Part shown: positions 1 through 7,872 of the stretch, one piece after another
How the letters are laid out: each line of letters starts with the position of its first letter
Numbering within the stretch: position 1 is the first letter of the stretch
From: an uncultured Gemmatimonadales bacterium
GTDB lineage: Bacteria; Gemmatimonadota; Gemmatimonadetes; Gemmatimonadales; GWC2-71-9
Length of the DNA stretch: 64,000 nt
Direction of reading: 5' to 3'
NCBI GenBank assembly: GCA_963757525.1
Contig: CAVWRM010000002.1
Span: forward strand, 12,795 to 76,794
Program-made: the position numbers and the translations under genes
Notes under the pieces: model-generated
Database searches by the model: none
What the model saw: the letters and a program-made list of their open reading frames with translations, nothing else
Told to the model about the DNA's origin: nothing

Positions 1-2
1 AC

Positions 3-1988
3 GGATACTGTTTCCTGTGGAATCCCTCCCTGATTTGGCTCCATACGGTCTCGGACGGCCTCATCGCCGCGGCCTACTTCACCATCCCTCTCACGCTGGT
101 CTATTTCGTCCGCAAGCGACGGGACCTCCCCTTCAACTGGATGTTCGTCTGCTTCGGCGTCTTCATTCTCGCCTGCGGTACCACACACCTGCTTTCGATC
201 TATACCATCTGGGTGCCGGCGTGGTGGCTGTCGGGCGGGGTGAAAGTGCTGACGGCCGCCGCATCGGTGCCCACGGCCGTACTCCTCTATCGGCTGGTGC
301 CCGATGCGGTGGCGCTGCCGAGCCCGAGCGACCTCGCGGAGGCGAACGCCGCGCTGCGAGAAGCGCACGATGCCTTGGAGCGCCGGGTCGCCGAGCGCAC
401 CGCCGAGCTGGCCGCCGCCAATCGGGAGCTGGCGCGGAGTCGCGAGCGCTATCGCTCACTCGTCGAAGCGACGGCGCAGATCGTCTGGCACACGGACGCG
501 GCGGGGACCTTCGGCGGTGAGCAGCCTGGCTGGAGCCGGTTCACCGGACAAACGACCGCGCAGCTCGAGGACCGGGGCTCGGCTGAGGTCGTCCATCCCG
601 AGGATCGTGACCGGATGGACGCGGTATGGCGGCGGGGCATCCTCGCGGGAAAGGCGTTCGAGACCGCCTGCCGCATCCGCCGGCGGGACGGTGAATACCG
701 TCACATGGCCGTTCGCGCCGTTCCGGTGCGGGACGACTCCGGCGGCGTGCGGGAGTGGGTCGGCACCCATACCGACATCACGGAGCAGGTGGAGGTCGAG
801 GAGCAGCTGCGCCGCACCGAGAGCCAGCTCCTGCAGGCGCAGCGGATGGAGGCCGTCGGCCGTCTTGCCGGAGGGGTCGCCCACGACTTCAACAACATCC
901 TCACCGTCATCACGAGCGCGAGCCAGGTGCTGCTCGAGACGTTGCCGGCGAACAGCGAGGCCCACGCGGATGTCGTGGATATCGAGCAGGCCGCCAAGCG
1001 GGCCGCCTATCTCACCCGCCAGTTGCTGGCGTTCAGCCGCCGCCAGGTTCTCCAGATGCAGGTGCTATCCCTCAACGCCATCGTCGAGGACATCGAGACG
1101 ATTCTTCGCCGCGTCATCGGCGGCGACGTCGAGCTGCACACGCGGCTGTCCGCCGATCTCGGCACCGTGCGGGCCGATCCGGGCCAGATCGAGCAGGTCA
1201 TCATGAACCTGGCCGTGAACGCCCGCGACGCGATGCCCGACGGAGGGCACCTGACGATCGAGACCGCGAATGTGGACATCGGCGCGGAGTATGCCGGCAC
1301 TCACCTCGGTGTCGAGCCGGGAGCGTACGTGGCGCTGCTCGTGTCCGACACGGGGCAGGGGATGGATGCGATGACGCGCGCCCAGATCTTCGAGCCCTTC
1401 TTCACCACGAAAGGACCCGGGAAAGGCACGGGCCTCGGACTGTCGACCGTGTACGGCATCGTCAAACAGTGCGACGGGACGATCTGGGTGTACAGCGAGC
1501 CGGGAAAGGGCGCGGCCTTCAAGATTTATCTGCCGCGAACCGAGGAATTCGCCGCCCGCGCGGCCCCCACGCCGCCCGTGTCGGTCACCGACAACCTCCA
1601 CGGCGGCGAAGTGATTCTCCTCGCCGAAGACGAGATCGGTGTCCGGGTTCACTCCGCCCGAGTGCTCCGCCGCGCCGGCTACACCGTTCTCGACGCGCCT
1701 GACGGTGCCGGCGCACTGGCGCTGGCCCAGGGTTGGAGCGGCCCCATCGACCTGCTCATCACCGACATGATCATGCCCGGGATGGGGGGCAGGTCGCTGG
1801 CGGAACGGGTTACCGAGCGTTATCCGTCGATCGCGATATTGTTCATGTCGGGCTATACGGACGATGACGTGGTACGCCAGGGCGGTGTCGGCGCGCCGGC
1901 CTTCCTGCAGAAGCCCTATACGCCGAGCTCGCTTGCACGAAAGGTCCGCGAGGTGCTCGAGGCCTCGCAGGCGGCGCGGCAGGCCTGA
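3..1988 (+). CDS. hybrid sensor histidine kinase / response regulator (5' end outside window)
   Basis: The frame of ORF 141..1988 stays open back to base 3. The N-terminal stretch (WNPSLIWLHTVSDGLIAAAYFTIPLTLVYFVRKRRDLPFNWMFVCFGVFILACGTTHL) looks like a membrane sensor module. It is followed by a coiled coil, a PAS-like region, the H-box GGVAHDFNNIL, the ATPase boxes NLAVNARDAM / DTGQGM / GKGTGLGLS, and a C-terminal receiver (LLITDMIMPGMGG). Confidence 0.9.
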   Translation, partial: GYCFLWNPSLIWLHTVSDGLIAAAYFTIPLTLVYFVRKRRDLPFNWMFVCFGVFILACGTTHLLSIYTIWVPAWWLSGGVKVLTAAASVPTAVLLYRLVPDAVALPSPSDLAEANAALREAHDALERRVAERTAELAAANRELARSRERYRSLVEATAQIVWHTDAAGTFGGEQPGWSRFTGQTTAQLEDRGSAEVVHPEDRDRMDAVWRRGILAGKAFETACRIRRRDGEYRHMAVRAVPVRDDSGGVREWVGTHTDITEQVEVEEQLRRTESQLLQAQRMEAVGRLAGGVAHDFNNILTVITSASQVLLETLPANSEAHADVVDIEQAAKRAAYLTRQLLAFSRRQVLQMQVLSLNAIVEDIETILRRVIGGDVELHTRLSADLGTVRADPGQIEQVIMNLAVNARDAMPDGGHLTIETANVDIGAEYAGTHLGVEPGAYVALLVSDTGQGMDAMTRAQIFEPFFTTKGPGKGTGLGLSTVYGIVKQCDGTIWVYSEPGKGAAFKIYLPRTEEFAARAAPTPPVSVTDNLHGGEVILLAEDEIGVRVHSARVLRRAGYTVLDAPDGAGALALAQGWSGPIDLLITDMIMPGMGGRSLAERVTERYPSIAILFMSGYTDDDVVRQGGVGAPAFLQKPYTPSSLARKVREVLEASQAARQA

Positions 1989-2059
1989 CCCGGGAGCGCG
2001 ATCACGATCACGATCGACCCACCCACAGCGCCCTGAACACCACCGCGGGCACGGACGGT

Positions 2060-2674
2060 GTGCTGGCCGTCGCCACCTCGGCCGGCATCGCGTATCTGCT
2101 CAGCCGGACACCGGCCTCGCCGCTTCGCGGCTGGTGGCTGGTGGCGCTGACGGGCTGGGGTGTGAGCGCGCTGCTCGGCATGGTCACCCATGGATTCGAT
2201 CTCGATCCCCGGGTGTCCGCTCTCCTCTGGCAGCCCCTCTACATCGGACTCGGTCTGGCCCAGGCGCTCGTCGTGGTCGCCTCGGTCGAGGTCTGGCGTG
2301 GCACTGCCGCGGCCCAGCGAATGCTGCCGATCATGCTGGCCGCGACCGCCGCGTTCTACTGGGCCACCTGGCACTGGGCAGGTGACTTCCTGGTGTTCGT
2401 CGTGTTCTCCGCGGCAACGACGATCTTCGCCCTCGTCGTTCATGCGGCCCTCGCGAGGCGTGGCATCCCGGGCGCCGGATGGGTGGCCGCCGGGCTCGGC
2501 GCAAGTCTCGCCTCGGGGCTGCTCCAGGCTACCGACGTTTCGTTCCGACTGATCTGGGACTTCGACCACAATGGCCTGTTCCACCTGGCGCAGATGGCGG
2601 GACTCGCGCTCCTGATCGCGGGCCTGCGGCGGCTCCTCCTCGCTCACTCGCCTCCGACGCAGTCCACCCGGTGA
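2060..2674 (+). CDS. multi-pass integral membrane protein, unknown function
   Basis: 204-aa ORF with about 6 hydrophobic helices (WWLVALTGWGVSALLGMV, LYIGLGLAQALVVVASV, FLVFVVFSAATTIFALVV, MAGLALLIAGL). Third codon positions are GC-rich. GTG start. Confidence 0.6.
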   Translation: MLAVATSAGIAYLLSRTPASPLRGWWLVALTGWGVSALLGMVTHGFDLDPRVSALLWQPLYIGLGLAQALVVVASVEVWRGTAAAQRMLPIMLAATAAFYWATWHWAGDFLVFVVFSAATTIFALVVHAALARRGIPGAGWVAAGLGASLASGLLQATDVSFRLIWDFDHNGLFHLAQMAGLALLIAGLRRLLLAHSPPTQSTR

Positions 2675-3117
2675 TAGGGATACGACACCCGGTTCCCCGT
2701 GTCCCCGTCGCCACCGTCGATCCAGGCATCGATCGAATCGGGCGTCACCAGGCGGTAACCGACCCGCCTCGGGAAATCGTGCTCCGGATTCTCGAACACC
2801 ATGTCCCGGGCGGACGGATTCTTCGCCCGGAACACCACTTCTGGTTGCTTGCCGGCCTGTACCCGGTATTCGAGCGTCGACCCGACCCGCTTCAGTATGA
2901 CGAATTCGAATTCCTTGAGCTCGCCCGAGGCCGAGGTCCGGCTCATGCCGAGCATGACGCCGCCGCGGTCGGGAAGCCAGGACTCTTCGACGAGACGGTT
3001 GCCCTGTCGCAACGCCCAGCAGCCGGCGAGCCAGGTCGCTGACGGCGGGTGCACCTGCGGGCGAAAGGAGAGCAAGAGCAGGGCGCCGGCCGTCGCGCCG
3101 TACGCGAGCGGGTGCAT
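2644..3117 (-). CDS. hypothetical exported protein
   Basis: Only the last 157 codons of ORF 2644..3564 look coding. Internal ATG at 3117 (MHPLAYGATAGALLLLSF, signal-like), followed by a non-repetitive globular sequence (ELKEFEFVILKRVGSTLEYRVQAGKQPEVVFRAKNP...). The upstream part is Arg/Ser-rich junk. Confidence 0.6.
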   Translation of the reverse strand: MHPLAYGATAGALLLLSFRPQVHPPSATWLAGCWALRQGNRLVEESWLPDRGGVMLGMSRTSASGELKEFEFVILKRVGSTLEYRVQAGKQPEVVFRAKNPSARDMVFENPEHDFPRRVGYRLVTPDSIDAWIDGGDGDTGNRVSYPYHRVDCVGGE

Positions 3118-3151
3118 GACAGCTCCATTGTGGTGGGTGGGCCGATCCTCC

Positions 3152-3487
3152 CTACGACCTGCGTAGGCGACTGGTCGCGTGCCCGATACGCGCCCGGTAA
3201 TCGGCGGCGCGCTCACCGTCCCGCCGGATCGGGGGAACGAACTCGGGCGCCTCGGGCTGGGGCGATCCGATGCGGTTGACGAACAGGTCGCCGCCGCGTG
3301 CCTCGACCGCCGACTCGAATCGCTCGATGGCGTCGAGCAGGTCCGCCACGGCTTCGTCGTCGTCCTCCGCGAGCACCTGGATCCCGCGCGCGCCCAGCCT
3401 CGATTCCGACTCCTTGCGCGCCCGCCGCTGTTCCTCGGCGCGATGCGGGTCGAGCTCGCGCTGCTCCGTCTCGTACCTGTCTGCCAC
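3152..3487 (-). CDS. hypothetical acidic protein
   Basis: 111-aa ORF with strongly GC-biased third positions and a non-repetitive charged sequence (MADRYETEQRELDPHRAEEQ...DDDEAVADLLDAIERFESAVEA). It lies 35 nt upstream of, and co-directional with, 2644..3117. Confidence 0.5.
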   Translation of the reverse strand: MADRYETEQRELDPHRAEEQRRARKESESRLGARGIQVLAEDDDEAVADLLDAIERFESAVEARGGDLFVNRIGSPQPEAPEFVPPIRRDGERAADYRARIGHATSRLRRS

Positions 3488-3709
3488 TGTGCCTCCGCGT
3501 TGTGGGGACTGCCGACGTCGTCACCATAGGCCGAGCGGCGGGATTCGTTTGTGTGACAGGTCACCTCGCGGCGGCAACCTCTACGCGGATTCTGGACACC
3601 GACGGCCCTGGGTTGCGCAATCTATCGCGAAGCCCGCTAATGTCTTACGGAATTCGGCCCGGGCGCAACTCCGGGTCGGCTTCGGAAATGCGGCACCCGC
3701 CCGGCCCCC

Positions 3710-5023
3710 ATGCAGCCGCTTGCTCGGTCTCTGCTGCTTGACAGCGCCGAGCGCCTGTTCGAACCTTACGCACGGAACCCAGACGTCGTTACACCCTCTA
3801 CATCACCATTCCCGATGCCGGCTGCTGCTACAGTCGCTCCGATGTTTTTCATCAGCTACCGGCGAGACGACAGTGCGGGGCACGTGGGTCGTCTCTACGA
3901 CGCGCTTTCCGCCCGCTTCGGCCGGCAGCGACTCTTCTTCGACATCGATCATATCGCGCCGGGCCAGGACTTCGTCCAGGTGCTCGACGACTCGCTCAAC
4001 CGGTGCTCGGTGCTCCTGGTCGTGATCGGGAAGCGATGGGCAGGCAGTGGCCGGATGGGGTCGCGACGGATCGATCAACCGGATGACTTCGTACACCTCG
4101 AGGTAGCCGCCGGCCTGCGCCGCTCCGACCTGCGGGTCATTCCGGTGCTCATCCAGGGCGCGAAGATGCCGGGGCCCGCGGCACTCCCGGACGCTCTCAA
4201 GGACCTGTCACGCCGGAACGCGACCGAGCTGAGCGATCTGCGCTGGAAGGAGGATGTGGCCCGGCTCATCTCGAGTCTCGAGGGCGACCGCGCCGCCAGC
4301 ACCGGCGAGGCCCCGGGCGAGGCGCTGCGGCGGCTGGCGAGCGGCATCAAGCTTCCGGCCGGGCTCCCCCCGTGGGCCAAGCCGGCCGGTGTCGCCGCGG
4401 TCGCGCTCGTTCTCGTTGGCCTCGCCGCGGCGGCATTCTCGTCACGAGACGGCAAGGAGGGAGTGGCGACGGCGGCCGTGACCGGGACGAGCTCGGTGCC
4501 CCGCGGCGATCCGCTCAGGCTGCCGTCCCGTCTCGATCAGGCCGTGAAGGTGGTGCAGCCGGTGGCCCGGAAGTGGCGCGCCGATGCCCAGCTCACCGAG
4601 ATCGAAGCTACCCTGCCGCCAGCGGGGTCGAGCCTCGAGGAGTACATCCTCAACTTCAGTTACCGCTCGTCAACCGATGGAGCGGGACTCAAGGTGACGA
4701 CGGGGTCGGCCGACGGTCTCCGCTACGACAAGCTTCCGGCGATCGCGCGCGCGTCCATCCGGCCGCTCGCCGATACCTTCATGAATCTCCCCGACGCCTT
4801 GTCGGCGGCTCGGAGCGCCGGCATGTTCGGCCAGGTTCAGTCGGCTCGGCTTTACGTGACCGCCAGCGGGACGCGCGCCGGTCGTCCCACCTGGAGCATC
4901 CGGCCGGTCGAGAATGGACAGGCCAAGGCCTATTACCTCGACGCCATCACCGGTAAATCCGTCGCCGCTCCGCCGAGCAAGAAGGGCGGGCTGCTCGGCA
5001 AGGTCGAAGGCATCTTCAAGTAG
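3710..5023 (+). CDS. TIR domain - single TM - PepSY-like extracytoplasmic domain protein
   Basis: TIR_2-type motifs: FFISYRRDDSAGHVGRLYDAL, RLFFDIDHIAPGQDF, SVLLVVIG, and DDFVHLEVAAGL with the candidate catalytic Glu at nt 4100-4102. One hydrophobic helix follows (AGVAAVALVLVGLAAAAF). The C-terminal ~190 aa end in AYYLDAITGKSV, which is PepSY-like. Alternative starts are ATG 3812 and ATG 3842. Confidence 0.85.
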   Translation: MQPLARSLLLDSAERLFEPYARNPDVVTPSTSPFPMPAAATVAPMFFISYRRDDSAGHVGRLYDALSARFGRQRLFFDIDHIAPGQDFVQVLDDSLNRCSVLLVVIGKRWAGSGRMGSRRIDQPDDFVHLEVAAGLRRSDLRVIPVLIQGAKMPGPAALPDALKDLSRRNATELSDLRWKEDVARLISSLEGDRAASTGEAPGEALRRLASGIKLPAGLPPWAKPAGVAAVALVLVGLAAAAFSSRDGKEGVATAAVTGTSSVPRGDPLRLPSRLDQAVKVVQPVARKWRADAQLTEIEATLPPAGSSLEEYILNFSYRSSTDGAGLKVTTGSADGLRYDKLPAIARASIRPLADTFMNLPDALSAARSAGMFGQVQSARLYVTASGTRAGRPTWSIRPVENGQAKAYYLDAITGKSVAAPPSKKGGLLGKVEGIFK

Positions 5024-5033
5024 TCCAGTCCGG

Positions 5034-7004
5034 TCACACCTTGGGCAGCTTGATCGGGCGCTCGCGGTGAAGCATGAGCCAGTCGCCATGCTCGGCGAGC
5101 GCTTCCTTCCCGAGCTCCACCGCCAGTGCCCGCGCCCCATCCAGCTTGCCGTCGTGCAGGAGCGCCGCCATGCGGTCGCCCGCGCGGGTGAAGCTCTCCG
5201 CCATCCGCGCGTACTGACGCGCGTGTTCCCCGAACGCCCGCTTGTCCGTCATGGAGTGAATGAGCGCGCCGGCGACCGTCACCACCGTCAGTGACAGCAC
5301 CGACCACGCGTGACGGTCACCCTCCACCTCGGGCCAGCGGGCGTGAGCCCAGCCGGAGAGCACCCTGACCAGCAGAAAGAAGAGCCCCCCTGCCGCCGCG
5401 CCGACCAGGAACGGCCGCAGCTCGACGAGAAACGCGCGGGCGCCGCGTGACTGGGCTCCTCGCACCATCTGTGAGCCCTTGAAGGCGAGGTGCCAGGCGA
5501 GCACGAGGCTCACGAGGAGCAGTGGCACCTGGAGAATCCGGGTCCAGTTAGGGGCGCCCTCCGGCATGGCGCGGAGGTTGAGAGCGACACTCGGAATGGC
5601 CCACAGCAGGCTCGCGAGAATCACGCCCCCGGCCACCGAGCGGTACTTGGATAGCCGGTCGCGCTCGCGCCGGGTCGATCGGGTGTAGTAGTCGCGCTGA
5701 CTCTCGATCCATCCGGTTGCCAGGGCGCCAAGATCCCCATCCCGGGCCGGCGCCGCGCGGATGCCCGCCGCCCGGATGGCTTCACGAATCCACGCCAGCT
5801 CATCCCGCTGCTTCCGCAGGTAATAGTCGGCCGCCGAGCGCTCCAGTCCCGCCAGGCGCCAGTAGAACTGCACCCGGAGTCCCTCCGCCACCGCGCGGTA
5901 GTCCTGAAACTTGTTCTGGCTCTGTCGGTGGCGGGACATCAGGTACACGACGTCGGCGACGCCGAGCACGGCCACATAGCCCGCGAGAAAGAGGGCGACG
6001 CGGGGGTCCTCGCCGGGAAAGGCGTGGGCGTACAGCTGGAACAGCAACACCGCGAGCATCGCCAGCCCGTAGATGCTCCACATCACGCGATAGGTCTCCC
6101 GCTGAAAACGCGATGCGAGGGCGTCGGCCACGCCGAACGAGCGCCGCAGCCCAGCCAGGGAGCGGGAAGCGCCCTCGAGCGGCCCTTCGTGGAGCCAGCG
6201 CTCGCTCGTGTCGACCGCGGCTCCGTTGGCGGATGTGACGCGGAGCGCGTCGCGGTTGAAGGCGTCGACGTGGGCCAGTGTCTGGGCGAGCGGCGACGGA
6301 ATCGTGTCACTGTCCGCTGGCTCCGGGGTGTGCTCGGGCAGGAGCCAACGTCCGGAGAACGGATCGTCCGGGCAGGGGCGGTCCTTCCTTGGGGTCGCGA
6401 TGTGATAAACGGGGCCGGTGTCGTGCGGATCGAGCGGGGTGCCGGACAGCGCGTAGGGTTCGGGCGCGAGCTCGAGCTGGTCGCCCACGAAGTCCCCCGT
6501 GCCGAACCGGCCGCTCCTTCGGTAGGCGATGACCTGTGAGGTGCCGCCCACACTGTCCGACTCGATCCCGTCCCACAAGGCGACGAGCACATGGCTCTGG
6601 CGGGCAACGAACGCGCCGGCGAGCGCGTACTGCAGCGCGCGATCATCGCCGAGCGGGGGCAGCTCGAGATGGCGAACGGCGCGAAGGTCGTCGAACAGCC
6701 GGTCGAATTCGACGATGGTGGCCGGAAAGTCCCTGGCGTAGTCGGCGCGAGGCAGGGGTATGGGGGCGACGAGCTCCGCGCCGAGCTCCAGCGCCACCCG
6801 CGCCGCGAGCCGGTCGGCTCCCTCGGCCAGCGGTGTAATCAGGACCAGGGGACTGCTCGGATAGTCGCGCCGGAGACGCTCCAGGAACCGGCGCACCGCG
6901 GCCTGCAGGGGCGCGACGTCTCCATCGCGGAGATCGCGGTGTCCCGTGATGCCTACCACGATCGGGATCAGGCCAGCGCTGGACGCGTCAGCCGGCGGGG
7001 TCAT
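5034..7004 (-). CDS. SLOG-like (LOG/DprA-type Rossmann) domain fused to six-TM, SLATT-like membrane domain
   Basis: The N-terminus reads IPIVVGITGHRDL...PLVLITPLAEGADRLAARVAL...HVLVALWDG...GGTSQVI, a beta-alpha-beta pattern of the SLOG superfamily. Three pairs of TM helices follow (VMWSIYGLAMLAVLLFQLY / VALFLAGYVAVLGVADVVYL; VAGGVILASLLWAIPSVAL / ILQVPLLLVSLVLAWHLAF; FLVGAAAGGLFFLLVRVL / WSVLSLTVVTVAGALIHSM). Each pair is followed by a charged amphipathic helix. Confidence 0.8.
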   Translation of the reverse strand: MTPPADASSAGLIPIVVGITGHRDLRDGDVAPLQAAVRRFLERLRRDYPSSPLVLITPLAEGADRLAARVALELGAELVAPIPLPRADYARDFPATIVEFDRLFDDLRAVRHLELPPLGDDRALQYALAGAFVARQSHVLVALWDGIESDSVGGTSQVIAYRRSGRFGTGDFVGDQLELAPEPYALSGTPLDPHDTGPVYHIATPRKDRPCPDDPFSGRWLLPEHTPEPADSDTIPSPLAQTLAHVDAFNRDALRVTSANGAAVDTSERWLHEGPLEGASRSLAGLRRSFGVADALASRFQRETYRVMWSIYGLAMLAVLLFQLYAHAFPGEDPRVALFLAGYVAVLGVADVVYLMSRHRQSQNKFQDYRAVAEGLRVQFYWRLAGLERSAADYYLRKQRDELAWIREAIRAAGIRAAPARDGDLGALATGWIESQRDYYTRSTRRERDRLSKYRSVAGGVILASLLWAIPSVALNLRAMPEGAPNWTRILQVPLLLVSLVLAWHLAFKGSQMVRGAQSRGARAFLVELRPFLVGAAAGGLFFLLVRVLSGWAHARWPEVEGDRHAWSVLSLTVVTVAGALIHSMTDKRAFGEHARQYARMAESFTRAGDRMAALLHDGKLDGARALAVELGKEALAEHGDWLMLHRERPIKLPKV

Positions 7005-7076
7005 CGGATTCCTGGGCCTGAAGTGGACGGAGTGTCCCTAAGATGCGCCCGATGTCGCGACGGGCAAGGCGACACG

Positions 7077-7108
7077 AACGCCCAGGACTCCGGAGGGTCC
7101 TGGGCGTT
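7077..7108 (-). other. perfect 12-bp stem hairpin between the receiver gene and the SLOG-TM gene
   Basis: aacgcccaggac-tccggagg-gtcctgggcgtt: 12/12 complementary arms with an 8-nt loop. There is no U-tract on either strand, so it may be an attenuator, a processing site or a Rho-type pause rather than a classical terminator. Confidence 0.4.
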
Positions 7109-7152
7109 CCAATGGTGAGACTCGGCCCGAGGTCGGGTCGATTGGTGCGCGG

Positions 7153-7551
7153 CTAGGCGCTCCGGCGCTGGGAGGCTTCCAGGCTCAACAGGTGGGCGAC
7201 CGAGCTCCAGAGCGGATTGAGGTCGCCTCGCGCCGCGACATCGAAGGGTCCCCGGAGTCGCGCCGCCTGGCGGAGCTGGGCGGTGATGAACGTGTTATGC
7301 GGCAGGATCGGCGTGTCCGGCGCAATCTCGCCGACGCTGCGCAGCGCGCTCAACGCGGAGACGTCCGGCAGCTTGGTGTCGAGCAGCACGAGGTCGAACG
7401 GGTGCCGCCGCAGAATATCGAGGCCGGCTCGAAACGTGGTGACCTCGGTGACGCGCACCCGCCCGCGTCCACGAAGCGCCAGGAGCTCCTGAACGATCTG
7501 CCGATCGAGCTGGTCATCCTCGATGAGGAGAACTTCCGCAACCGAAATCAT
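7153..7551 (-). CDS. single-domain response regulator (receiver only)
   Basis: CheY-like receiver: VLLIEDDQLDRQIV, phospho-acceptor context FDLVLLDTKLPDVSA. No output domain. Start taken at ATG 7551 (MISVAEVLLIED); the ORF extends to 7647. Confidence 0.8.
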   Translation of the reverse strand: MISVAEVLLIEDDQLDRQIVQELLALRGRGRVRVTEVTTFRAGLDILRRHPFDLVLLDTKLPDVSALSALRSVGEIAPDTPILPHNTFITAQLRQAARLRGPFDVAARGDLNPLWSSVAHLLSLEASQRRSA

Positions 7552-7872
7552 GGCCCTCTGCCTTGTCTGGGCTGACGGGGGAAAGGCGGGATGGTCCCGG
7601 AGGGGGAAAACGCCAGACATGTGCCAGAAGGGCCAGTCGTGTCGCAAATTTATCAGAGCTACTGTAAACGACTGAGGGGTATAGGTTTATATATTGTCAT
7701 ATCAGGTAATATCTCACCTCGCCCCTGGGGCGCGGTCTTGCGGTGCAGCACTCGACTGGTCCCGGAGTGTTGCTCCCAGCCTACAAAAACCACGCACCGG
7801 CCATCTCGTCGCGTAGGCGGGATGACCGGTGCGTGGGGCTGGGGTCCCCGGCGTAGCAGCGCCGGGAATGGA

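Noticed and set aside
3488-3709. A possible promoter (TTGACA at ~3739) or ncRNA in the divergent region upstream of the TIR gene
   Set aside because: The TTGACA has no acceptable -10 at 16-18 nt spacing, and it lies inside the longest TIR ORF. I could not support any RNA structure by eye.
3710-7004. The idea that the TIR/SLOG locus sits on a mobile or defence island
   Set aside because: No integrase, transposase, flanking direct repeats or adjacent tRNA were found. Composition looks the same as the surrounding housekeeping genes. The island context is therefore not supported; the functional hypothesis is kept but flagged as uncertain.
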